Of a stretch of 64,000 nucleotides of DNA, positions 26,665 through 34,797 are shown piece by piece. The translations under genes were made by a program, and so were the position numbers. The notes under the pieces were generated by a model. The model was not told the origin of the DNA. It worked only from the letters and a program-made list of their open reading frames with translations, and ran no database searches. Source of the stretch: an uncultured Actinomycetes bacterium (GTDB lineage: Bacteria > Actinomycetota > Thermoleophilia > Gaiellales > JAICJC01). Where the stretch lies: NCBI GenBank assembly GCA_963706075.1, contig CAVPLP010000002.1:172616-236615 (forward strand). Reading direction: 5' to 3'. Position 1 is the first letter of the stretch. Each line of letters begins with the position of its first letter.

Positions 26665-27984
26665 ATGAACCTCGCCGGCTACATCAGAGTCAGCCATCGG
26701 AGCAGTACGAACTTCGTCTCCGCCGGGGCGCAGAGAGACGAGATCGACGCGTTCTGCACCCTCCACGGCCACCACATCGCGACGTGGCATGACGACCTGG
26801 ACGAGCCCGGCACCAAGGCACCACAGCCGGGACTCGAGCGGGCCCTGGCGCGGATCGAGGCGAGCGAAACCGACGGCATCGTCGTGGCGAAGCTCGATCG
26901 CATCGCACCCAGCATGGCCGCTGCTGCCGCGGCGATCAGGCGCGTCGACGACGCCGGTGGCCGGTTGGTCAGCGTCGAGGAGAAGTTCGACACCGGCACG
27001 CCGACGGGCAAGTTCGCTCTTCACATGATCCTGGCGCTGGCACAGCTCGAGGTTGACCGGATCCGCGACACCTGGGCGAGGGCACAGGAGTCGGCCGTCA
27101 ACCGGGGCGTCCACATCGCCAGCCGGCCGCCGACGGGCTATCGCCGGGGGGCCGACGGCCGGCTGGAGCCGGTCGAGAGCGCCGCGCCGGCGATCGCCGA
27201 CCTGTTCCGGCGGCGAGCCGCAGGCGCGTCGTGGAAAGAGCTCGCCGGCATCCTCGAGGGCGCCGGGATCGTCGGACCGTACGGCGGCACGGCGTGGACC
27301 ACGGGCGCCGTGCGGAAGGTGATCGAGAATCCCGTGTACACCGGTCAGGCCCGGTCCGGGCAGCATCACAAGGACGGCGCCCATCCCGCGCTGGTCTCGG
27401 AGGCGGAGTGGCGTGCGGCGCAGCTGACCCGGCGAACCGTCTCGCCGCTCCGCTCGCCCAGCGGCGCGCTCCTGGCCGGCCTCCTCCGATGCGCCGGCTG
27501 CAGGTATGTCATGAAGCCCGACACGATCACCAGCCGCGAGGGGAACCTGCGCCAGTACCGGTGCCGGGGCGAGCATGCCGCGGGGCGCTGCCCCGCACCG
27601 ACGAGCGTCCTTGCACACGTGATTGAGCCGCGCGTCGTCGCGGCGTTCTTCGCGGAGCTCGGACCGGACGGAGTCCTCACGCGTCCTGCTGCCGACCGCG
27701 CCGCGACCGAGCGTGCGCAGCCGGCACTCGACGCCGCCGTGGCCGGGTCGGCCTCCGCCGGTCTCCCGATCTCCGCCGGCCTGCCGGCGCTCTGGCCCGA
27801 CCTCTCGACACAGGATCGACGGCAGCAGCTCGCTGCGGGAATCGACGCGATCATGCTCCGCCGCGGCCGCGACATCGCAACCCGCACCCTCATCCTGTGG
27901 GCCGGCGAGGCGCCCGACGATCTCCCGGCTCGCGGCCGCCGCGTAGCTCTCGCCTCGTTCGCGTGGCCCGAGCGCGCCGCTTAG
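26665..27984 (+). CDS. Large serine recombinase (resolvase/invertase N-domain plus recombinase domain plus zinc ribbon)
   Basis: Catalytic-serine motif GYIRVSH, GIVVAKLDRI, the recombinase-domain motif NPVYTG, and the Cys cluster CAGC...YRCRG...GRC. Confidence 0.9.
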   Translation: MNLAGYIRVSHRSSTNFVSAGAQRDEIDAFCTLHGHHIATWHDDLDEPGTKAPQPGLERALARIEASETDGIVVAKLDRIAPSMAAAAAAIRRVDDAGGRLVSVEEKFDTGTPTGKFALHMILALAQLEVDRIRDTWARAQESAVNRGVHIASRPPTGYRRGADGRLEPVESAAPAIADLFRRRAAGASWKELAGILEGAGIVGPYGGTAWTTGAVRKVIENPVYTGQARSGQHHKDGAHPALVSEAEWRAAQLTRRTVSPLRSPSGALLAGLLRCAGCRYVMKPDTITSREGNLRQYRCRGEHAAGRCPAPTSVLAHVIEPRVVAAFFAELGPDGVLTRPAADRAATERAQPALDAAVAGSASAGLPISAGLPALWPDLSTQDRRQQLAAGIDAIMLRRGRDIATRTLILWAGEAPDDLPARGRRVALASFAWPERAA

Positions 27985-28301
27985 AGCTGTCGCGACGACC
28001 AGAGCAGGGCGGCCAGGATGACCGACGACAATCCGACGGCGAGGCCGACGATCCACCCCGCAACATCCTGGCTCACGAGGACGGCGCCCAGCAGGGTGGC
28101 GATCCCGATGATTCCACCGGTGGCGATGACGCGCACGAAGCCACGCTCGATCACGCTGCGGCGTCGCTCGCGGCCCGGCAACATGCCCTGCGGGCGCTCG
28201 TGCCGGCCCGGCTCGGGCGACGCCGGGTCGGGCGGAGCTTTCTCCGCGGCGGGCGCCGGCAGCTCGTCCGACGCGGAGCCGTCGTCTGGGATTTCCGACA
28301 T
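27981..28301 (-). CDS. Hypothetical two-TM membrane protein
   Basis: MSEIPDDGS...IATGGIIGIATLLGAVLV...GWIVGLAVGLSSVILAALLW. Its stop codon overlaps the recombinase stop by 4 nt. The longer ORF-track start would run into the rnpB terminator. Confidence 0.5.
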   Translation of the reverse strand: MSEIPDDGSASDELPAPAAEKAPPDPASPEPGRHERPQGMLPGRERRRSVIERGFVRVIATGGIIGIATLLGAVLVSQDVAGWIVGLAVGLSSVILAALLWSSRQL

Positions 28302-28364
28302 GGGAGGACGATACCCAAACCGATCGCGTCCGCCACCGTGATGCACAGCCCCAAATCCTGAATG

Positions 28365-28392
28365 GGAAAGCCCCGCATTCGCGGGGCTTTCC
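28365..28392 (-). terminator. rnpB terminator hairpin
   Basis: GGAAAGCCCCGC-GAAT-GCGGGGCTTTCC (read on the minus strand) forms a 12-bp stem directly after the RNase P RNA 3' end. Confidence 0.55.
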
Positions 28393-28738
28393 GGTAGCCG
28401 ATCTGTAAGCGGGATTCTGTCGGGGACAGTCATCCATCTGGGCCGGCCGTTGCCGGCCGGCTCGTGCCACCTACCTGGAGCTCGGCGGGCCGCGTCATCA
28501 CTCCGCTTGGTGTTGCACCGGGTGGGGCTTGCCTAGCCGCCCACGTTTCCGCGAGCGCTGGTGGTCTCTTACACCACCGTTTCACCCTTGCCTCGACGTC
28601 CGAGGACGCCGATTCGGCGGTCTGCTCTCTGTTGCGCTTTCCATCGGGTTTCCCCGTCCGGGCGTTACCCGGCACCCTCGCCCTGCGGTGTCCCGACTTT
28701 CCTCGACGCCCGAGGGCGCCGCGACTGCCTGATCGGCG
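28393..28738 (-). ncRNA. rnpB: RNase P RNA, bacterial type A
   Basis: The reverse strand contains the universally conserved blocks GAGGAAAGTCGGGAC, GGGTGAAACGGTGGTGTAAGAGACCACCAG and AGATGGATGACTGTCCCCGACAGAATCCCGCTTACAG. P1 pairing occurs between GCCGATC (5') and GATCGGC (3'). The alignment to E. coli M1 RNA was made from memory. Confidence 0.9.
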
Positions 28739-28758
28739 TCACGAGTCTACCGGTCGGC

Positions 28759-29829
28759 TCAGCGGCCCGCGGCCGGGGCGGTCATGTCGTGCCAGATGTC
28801 CGCGCGCGCCTCGAGCCCTGCCGGCGTCGTGTCGGCGAACCCGAGCGTGACCGGCGGGAGCGCGGGCGGGTAGACCGCCGGGTTCGCAAGGAGTGCAGGC
28901 GGCAGCGCGAACGAGGCCTCGCCGACGGGCGTCGCCCGACCGGTGCGCTCGGTGTCGCGGGCGGCCGTCAGGGGGTCGAGCGCGTGGTTCAGCCATGCGT
29001 GGGCCGAGACGGGGTCGGGTGCATACGGCGGGATACAGAGGAGACGCGGACGCGCGATCGTCCCCTCGGACGGGACGACGAACCGGACGCCATGTCCCGG
29101 CTCGCGGAACCCGAGGCCGGTGCAGAGCACGGCCAGGCCGCCGTCCAGCCGGCCGCTGTCCACGCTGCCGCCGATCACGAGGCTGCCGCGAAGCGGGATG
29201 AGCAGCGAGCGGGCGTCGTCGAGATCCGAGGCCGCGGCCGAGTTCCAGTCGTGGCCCGTCGCGACGAGCGCGGCGCCGACCACGATCGCCGGGTCGTCCG
29301 GCACCGCGACCTGGCCGGGGAAGGTGGACGCGAGCGCGAAGAAGTCCGTCCACGTCACGGGCGCAGCAGCACCCGGGCGAGCGGCGAGCGCGAATCCGAC
29401 CACCGAGTAGTCCTTGGGCACGCTGTGGGCGCTGCCCGGGTCGAACGGCGGATCGTCGAACGGCGGCTCGACCAGCTTGCGGTTGGCGATGAGGGTTCGG
29501 TCGAGCGGCTCGACGCGCTTTTCGTCGATGAGCCCGGCGAGCGTCTCCTGATCGACGAGGACCACGTCGACCGCGCCCTGCGCGAAGTCGGCTCCCGGTC
29601 GCGGAGCGACCATCGTCACCTTCACCTTGAACCGCTTTGTGAACGCCGGGACGGAGGTCGCCGCCATCGATCGGGGAGGCACCCCGAGCAGCAGGTTCGG
29701 GTCGGGAACCTGCGCGTTCGGGCCGCGGTTGGCGAATGTCTGCGGCGCAGCGCTGCTTCCTGGGCGCGTGCAGCCGGCGAGCACGAGCGGCCCGGCAGCG
29801 GCGAGGAGCTGACGGCGGGTCAGGTGCAC
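28759..29829 (-). CDS. ABC transporter substrate-binding lipoprotein (PotD/PotF-like, family 1)
   Basis: Tat/lipobox-type signal HLTRRQLLAAAGPLVLAGC. I chose the GTG start at 29829. Confidence 0.7.
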   Translation of the reverse strand: MHLTRRQLLAAAGPLVLAGCTRPGSSAAPQTFANRGPNAQVPDPNLLLGVPPRSMAATSVPAFTKRFKVKVTMVAPRPGADFAQGAVDVVLVDQETLAGLIDEKRVEPLDRTLIANRKLVEPPFDDPPFDPGSAHSVPKDYSVVGFALAARPGAAAPVTWTDFFALASTFPGQVAVPDDPAIVVGAALVATGHDWNSAAASDLDDARSLLIPLRGSLVIGGSVDSGRLDGGLAVLCTGLGFREPGHGVRFVVPSEGTIARPRLLCIPPYAPDPVSAHAWLNHALDPLTAARDTERTGRATPVGEASFALPPALLANPAVYPPALPPVTLGFADTTPAGLEARADIWHDMTAPAAGR

Positions 29830-29872
29830 GCAGCGGATTGTGACAGGGTCGGCTTGGCCGACGGTGGGTCGG

Positions 29873-30061
29873 TCAGGCGACGAGCCGCAGCGACGACTCG
29901 GCAGCCGAGTCGTCGGCGAGCACGGACCCGCAGCCGCCACAGTGGAGCTCGAGCCTGCCGCCGTTCCGCTCGACGGCCCACATCTGCGCGGTGCAGACAG
30001 GGCACGCGGGCCGGCGCTCCGGCCGGCGGACACGAGCCTCGGCGAGGGCACGGAGCACCAC
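29873..30061 (-). CDS. Small zinc-ribbon protein (62 aa)
   Basis: CPVC...CGGC, with high third-position GC. It lies 51 nt downstream of, and in frame with, the lexA stop. Confidence 0.4.
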   Translation of the reverse strand: MVLRALAEARVRRPERRPACPVCTAQMWAVERNGGRLELHCGGCGSVLADDSAAESSLRLVA

Positions 30062-30112
30062 GTCCTCGAGCGTCAGCTCGGAGGAGGGACGATGCGGGTC
30101 GATGATCCGCGG

Positions 30113-30742
30113 TCACAGCCGTCGCAGCACCGCCTTCACGGCGCCGAGCACCTGCACCTCGTCGGGATACATCGGCTCGAGCGCGTCGTTCTCGGGCTGG
30201 AGACGCACGCGCCCGTTCTCGCGGAAGAAGCGCTTCACGGTCGCTTCCTCGTCACCGACGAGCGCGACGACGATCTCGCCGTCTCGGGCGTCGGCTTGCT
30301 TGCGGACGACGACCAGGTCGCCGTCGAGGATGCCTGCGTTGACCATGGAGTCGCCCTTGACCGTCAGCACGAAGTCGGCGTCAGACGCCAGCTGGTCAGG
30401 GACGGCGAGGTAGTCCTCGACACGGTCCTCGGCGACGACCGGCGAGCCGGCGGCGACCTCGCCGACGAGCGGCAGCATCGTTGCCTGGTTGGGGCGTGCC
30501 AGCTCGACAACCGCGGCGCGGCGCGAGCGGCCGCCCTCGATGACCTCGAGCGCGCGCGGCTTGGTGGCGTCGCGACGGATCAGCCCTGCCCGCTCCAGCT
30601 TCTCGAGGTGCGCGTGCACCGTCGACGGCGACGTCAGCCCCACCGCATGCCCGATCTCGCGCACCGTCGGCGGGTAGCCGTGCTCGTCGACGTGCGTGTT
30701 CACGAACGCCAAAATCTCTTGCTGTCTTGCGGTCAGATCCAC
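30113..30742 (-). CDS. lexA: LexA repressor
   Basis: wHTH LTARQQEILAFV...YPPTVREIG, cleavage site VAAGSP, and the Ser/Lys dyad (GDSM...VVRK). The GTG at 30742 is preceded by GGAGGG, and the ORF-track start at 30808 would overlap the SOS box. Confidence 0.92.
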   Translation of the reverse strand: MDLTARQQEILAFVNTHVDEHGYPPTVREIGHAVGLTSPSTVHAHLEKLERAGLIRRDATKPRALEVIEGGRSRRAAVVELARPNQATMLPLVGEVAAGSPVVAEDRVEDYLAVPDQLASDADFVLTVKGDSMVNAGILDGDLVVVRKQADARDGEIVVALVGDEEATVKRFFRENGRVRLQPENDALEPMYPDEVQVLGAVKAVLRRL

Positions 30743-30758
30743 CGGTCGCCCTCCTGGG

Positions 30759-30774
30759 TCGAACGTGTGTTCGA
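30759..30774. promoter_or_regulatory. LexA operator (SOS box)
   Basis: TCGAACGTGTGTTCGA is a perfect match to the Gram-positive/actinobacterial consensus TCGAAC-N4-GTTCGA. It lies 17 nt upstream of the lexA start. Confidence 0.85.
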
Positions 30775-30803
30775 TCGGAAGTGTTGCAGAGGGGTCGGAC
30801 GGA

Positions 30804-30839
30804 GTCAAGGCGGCGGCGGGTTATAGGGATTGCAGGTAC
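30804..30839 (+). repeat. 36-bp direct repeat, copy 1 (overlaps the lexA promoter region)
   Basis: GTCAAGGCGGCGGCGGGTTATAGGGATTGCAGGTAC is 32/36 identical to the copy at 31771-31806. The minus strand provides a TTGACT -35-like hexamer. Confidence 0.75.
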
Positions 30840-30901
30840 TCCGACACACTGGGCTTGGCGTCGTCGTAGGATTGCCGGAACCCGTACTCGAACGGCGCAC
30901 C

Positions 30902-31675
30902 TTACGATTCGGCCAGCTCGAGGAAGCGGTCGATCATGGCATTGACCTGATCGGGCACTTCGAGCTGGTGGAAATGGCCGGCGCCGACGGTGACGCCGAT
31001 TTTCAGGTCCGGCTTGATCGCCAGGAGCCGGAGCGCGTCGGTCTGCGCATCGAGCTCCGCGCGAAGCAGCAGCGTCGGGGCGGCACAGAGCGCCAGCGCG
31101 CCGATGCCGTCCCACGCGGTGATCTCGCGGATAACCGCTGTTGCGATCGAGAGTGGGACCGCGGACATCATGTCCGCGATCCGACGCGCCAATGCCGGGT
31201 CGCGGGCACCCATATCCTCGACCCACAGCCGCCGCACTTCCTCGCCATCGGGGCCCGAGAGCTGCTCCGCGGCGACATCGAAGAGTCGGGTCGTCTCGGG
31301 CGCCGGGTGGATCGGCCCCGGATCGACAAGCACGAGCGCACGCGGTAACGACGGGTACCGCGCGCCCAGCTCGACCGCAACCATCCCGCCGAGGCTGTGG
31401 CCGACGACCACCGGCCGCTCAATCCCGACCACCGCACAGAAGCGTGCGACGTCGTCGGCGAAGTCGCGAACTCCGTAGCCGTCCGGTGGGCAGTCGCTGC
31501 GGCCGCACCCGCGCAGGTCAAGCGCCGTCGTGGCGTGCTTCTGCGCGAAGTGGTCGAACTGCGGCTGGAACGCGCTCCTGTCGCAGCACCATCCAGGGAC
31601 GAACAGCAGTTCAGGGTCGCCCCGGCCGGCTCGCTCGTAGTACAGCCGAAGGCCATCGAGTTCCGCATGAGGCAT
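30902..31675 (-). CDS. Alpha/beta hydrolase
   Basis: Nucleophile elbow GHSLGG and a C-terminal GHFHQLE. The start was chosen at MPHAELDG. Confidence 0.8.
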   Translation of the reverse strand: MPHAELDGLRLYYERAGRGDPELLFVPGWCCDRSAFQPQFDHFAQKHATTALDLRGCGRSDCPPDGYGVRDFADDVARFCAVVGIERPVVVGHSLGGMVAVELGARYPSLPRALVLVDPGPIHPAPETTRLFDVAAEQLSGPDGEEVRRLWVEDMGARDPALARRIADMMSAVPLSIATAVIREITAWDGIGALALCAAPTLLLRAELDAQTDALRLLAIKPDLKIGVTVGAGHFHQLEVPDQVNAMIDRFLELAES

Positions 31676-31770
31676 GGGTGGCGATCCTCTCACGACCGGG
31701 CCTAGGCACGTCACCTAGAAGCAGCAGCGTTACGGTTCGCACCTCGTCAGAGGCTCCCAACAGCCTTCCC

Positions 31771-31806
31771 GTCAAGGCGGCGGCGGGTTATGCGGATTGC
31801 ACGAAC
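31771..31806 (+). repeat. 36-bp direct repeat, copy 2 (upstream of the hydrolase gene)
   Basis: GTCAAGGCGGCGGCGGGTTATGCGGATTGCACGAAC. Confidence 0.75.
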
Positions 31807-31983
31807 CCGGACAGGCGCTCGCCGGGAAGCGGGCTGCGAACGCGTTGCACGAGAAGCGAGGGCTGTAAAAGGGGAGCCGCCGCAAGGTGCGATCTGGCGC
31901 CTGCTTCATTTGGACGTTCTACGCGATGTTCAATCGGAGCTCTGCCCCCAGCAGGATTGGCGCTCCGCCGGTAGCGTCTGAGC

Positions 31984-32565
31984 GTGGCCGACGACCCCTC
32001 GTACGGGCAGCAGCTCCGGCTTTACACGGAGAGGCTTTGCCTGCGGATGCCAACCTCGGCGGACGCTGAGGCTTTGTACGACCTCTTCCGGGACCCGGGC
32101 ATCATGCATGGCTTGGGCAAGGATCCGGTCTCAACGCTCAAAGAGGCTCAGGTCCTGACGGAGGATGGCATCGCTGCATGGAGAACCGGCGGACTCGGTC
32201 CCTTCGTTCTCGAAACCGCCTCGGCACACGGGCCCGTGGTCGGCCAAGCCGGGCTCATGATTTTCGACACACGCGGCTGGACGCCGTCGACGCGGGCGAA
32301 CGCAGGAAGCCATGCGCAGCTCGAGCTTGGCTGGGCCTTGATACGCGAGCACTGGGGCCGCGGGTATGCGACCGAAGCAGCCTCGGCAATCCGGGACTGG
32401 GCACATGAACGTCGGCCCGACGACCGACTTGTATCTCTAATAACGCCCGACAACGTCCGCTCCCAGCGCGTCGCCGAGAGACTCGGCGCGATACCTGCCG
32501 AGACCGTGACACCTTCAGATTCAGGACGAACAGCTGTGGTCTGGAGATATCCTCCCGCGACTTGA
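31984..32565 (+). CDS. GNAT family N-acetyltransferase (RimJ-like)
   Basis: 193 aa with LIREHWGRGYATEA. Confidence 0.8.
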   Translation: MADDPSYGQQLRLYTERLCLRMPTSADAEALYDLFRDPGIMHGLGKDPVSTLKEAQVLTEDGIAAWRTGGLGPFVLETASAHGPVVGQAGLMIFDTRGWTPSTRANAGSHAQLELGWALIREHWGRGYATEAASAIRDWAHERRPDDRLVSLITPDNVRSQRVAERLGAIPAETVTPSDSGRTAVVWRYPPAT

Positions 32566-32655
32566 TGCCGTGAGCCTCACACTGCAGGCGAATCGAGGCT
32601 TCTTCTCCGGCGGCCAAACGCGCGCGTCGGGCCCTAACGTAGGGTGCGCCGGGAC

Positions 32656-33597
32656 CTAGCGAAAGTCCTCGATGCCTTCGCCGCCCGAGTGTTCCCAGCC
32701 GTAGGCTGCAAGGTGGCCCCAGCAGTCCGGTTTGCTGCCGTCGGTGTCGGTGACGTCGTAGGAGTCCGCGAGTTGGCGCGCGCTGATGATCGTGCCGGCC
32801 CAGTGAGTCGGATCGGGATCATGCGCAAGGGCGGCGACTCCTCGGGCGACGTACGTGGGCGACTCGGAGATCGCGAACCCGGGCCTCGTCGCGCACGCGT
32901 CGCGCCAGTTGTCTTCGGTGACGCCGAAGTTCTCCAGCATCTTCTCCGAGCGCAGCCACCCGGGCGTGACGCCAACTGCCGTCAGAGGGCTGCCTTCGAG
33001 TTCGGCGGTCAGTCCCTTCACGATCCGCTCGACGTTGGCCTTGACGAGGTCGTAGTAGAAGCCGACGTTGCGCCGAAACTCGCTGTTCGCTTCGGAGGTG
33101 CCGTCGGTCATCTCGACCACGAGTCCCTGACCTCTGTGGGTACTGGCGGTCCGCAGCATGAGTGGGATGGCGGCGCGGCAGGTGATTAGGTGGGTGTGGA
33201 CGCCCATCTGCAGCATGCGTACGCCGCCTGCCCAGTCGTGTTCCCACAGCGGCTTGTCCCATTCCATGTAGCGGTCGCCGCCGAAGATGTCGTTGACGAG
33301 CAGGTCGAGGCGGTCCTGCTCGCGCTCGATGCTCGCCACCAGATCGGCGACCGCGCCGGCATCCTCGTGATCAACCACGAGCGCCGATCCAGCCCTGCCT
33401 GCCGCCGCCATGAGTTCTCCGGTCTCTTCGATCGTTTCCGACCGGCCGATCTCCGACGGACCCGAGCTCCGGCTGCTGCGACCGGTGGCGTAGACGTGGG
33501 CGCCGGTACGGGCGAGTTCGACAGCGATCGCCCGGCCGGCGCCTCGAGTCGCGCCGGCGACCAGTGCCACCTTGTCTGTCAGCGCCGGCGTGACCAC
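32656..33597 (-). CDS. SDR family oxidoreductase
   Basis: VALVAGATRGAGRAIA (TGxxxGxG-type) N-terminus; 313 aa. Confidence 0.85.
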   Translation of the reverse strand: MVTPALTDKVALVAGATRGAGRAIAVELARTGAHVYATGRSSRSSGPSEIGRSETIEETGELMAAAGRAGSALVVDHEDAGAVADLVASIEREQDRLDLLVNDIFGGDRYMEWDKPLWEHDWAGGVRMLQMGVHTHLITCRAAIPLMLRTASTHRGQGLVVEMTDGTSEANSEFRRNVGFYYDLVKANVERIVKGLTAELEGSPLTAVGVTPGWLRSEKMLENFGVTEDNWRDACATRPGFAISESPTYVARGVAALAHDPDPTHWAGTIISARQLADSYDVTDTDGSKPDCWGHLAAYGWEHSGGEGIEDFR

Positions 33598-33689
33598 AAT
33601 CGTCCGCTGTGCGTTCCCGGTAGAGCGTCCTGCTAAACGGGCGACGCCGGCCCGACAGCAAGGGCGGTGACCAGAGGGCGTTCACCACC

Positions 33690-33848
33690 GTAACGCCCGG
33701 TAGCCAGACTCGTTTGACTCGTCAGATCCACGACGACGCTGAGCGCGAGTTTGACTACACCAGCGGCGCCGAGCACGCACTCCAACGGGCCACCACCGCT
33801 GGCTGGACGGTCGTCAGCATCAAGGAGGACTGGGCCACCGTCTTCTGA
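33690..33848 (+). pseudogene. 3'-terminal remnant of a HAD-superfamily hydrolase gene
   Basis: Own translation gives ...QIHDDAEREFDYTSGAEHALQRATTAGWTVVSIKEDWATVF*. I recall this as the conserved C-terminus of an actinobacterial HAD-like hydrolase family. No matching upstream part or start codon is present. Confidence 0.45.
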
Positions 33849-33883
33849 CATGTTCTGGGTGCGCCGACCCGCCATTTCCGCGG

Positions 33884-34502
33884 TCAATGTCCTCCTGAGA
33901 CACGCGCGTTGCCCCACGCTATACCAACGGCCTCACCACCGGTTGTCGAATTACCGGAGCCAAAGCATTCGAGCTGTAGGGTATGGACCCCTCGTACATC
34001 GACATCGACGGTTTTTGGCTTAGGGACGCCGACAGTAAACATCCGAAGAGTGCGCTCATCGCCAACGAGGATTATGCCCGCTTGGAAACCGGGGGGCGAC
34101 CCAGCCGCTAGTCCAACAGTGGCTTGGAACCGGCGAGCGTTATGCTTTAGCTTATATGCAGGGAAAGCAGTCTGGTCACCAACGTTACAATAGAACGAGA
34201 TGCTCTTGGGGTAAATTGATCCGGATATCTTGACCGGACCCGGGTTAACCAGCTCGCCGAGATCCCCGGACGGGTTCAGGTCTGAGAGATATGAGAACGA
34301 GGACGTGCTGGAACTCTCCGGAGTTACCACTGGCGCAGACTCGCTTCGCTGGAGGGCTTGCACCGGCCGAAGTGGGAGGCACGGACGATGAGGCTGCTTT
34401 TGGCGGCGTGCCAGAGTTGACTTGGGTCAAAGCTATTCCTACCGCCGCTGCAGCTACAACGCTTCCGATAATCGTCCAGAAGAGTGTCCGCCTCCGCCGC
34501 AT
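33884..34502 (-). pseudogene. Membrane-anchored NPCBM-like (carbohydrate-binding) domain protein, +1 frameshift near 34350
   Basis: The N-terminal anchor MRRRRTLFWTIIGSVVAAAAVGIAL is in ORF 34245..34637. The NPCBM-like domain (ISGSIYPKSISFYC...RFQATVGL...TVDVDVRGVHTLQLE) is in ORF 33884..34363. The stretch is noticeably AT-richer than its surroundings. Confidence 0.55.
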
Positions 34503-34797
34503 ATGTCCTCCGAGGCCATCGTGCCTACGTCGACGCAACCTAGCATCCTCCGTCCCTGGCGACGCGACGTGCGCCTCCAACCCAGCGTTGTCCTCACCAC
34601 GCCGCTGCTCTATCATCAACCACAGGCCCAGGGGCACGGCCGGCTCGTCTCGCTGTGGGGCGTGCCAGTGGAGCGACGGAAGGAAGGGTCATGATCGGCT
34701 GGTTGCGGCGGTCACGGGATGCGGGGCGGCAGCCTGGTCGAGCAGCCCTGCCCGACCAGTCGCCCGACGGGGCGCCGGCTCGGTTGCCGCGGCAGCG

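Larger units (their letters stand above)
21700..28392. mobile_element. Putative integrated island carrying a large serine recombinase (boundaries not defined)
   Basis: Visibly AT-richer patches occur at about 21.96-22.16, 23.94-24.54, 25.24-25.40 and 26.34-26.48 kb. The segment carries accessory signalling genes and a recombinase at 26665-27984, and it abuts the 3' end of rnpB. No att repeats were found. Confidence 0.35.

Noticed and set aside
28340-28400. An island integrated into the rnpB 3' end with a duplicated rnpB fragment as the att site.
   Set aside because: I found no second copy of the rnpB 3' sequence (GGTAGCCGATCTGTAAGCGGG or its flank) near 21.7-22.1 kb or near 26.3-26.5 kb. Serine recombinases also do not require RNA-gene targets.
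34675-34690. A GGAAGGAAGGG string resembling the conserved SRP RNA (4.5S) motif.
   Set aside because: No flanking helix-8 pairing or GNAR tetraloop context is present. It is better explained as a ribosome-binding site for the ATG at 34691.
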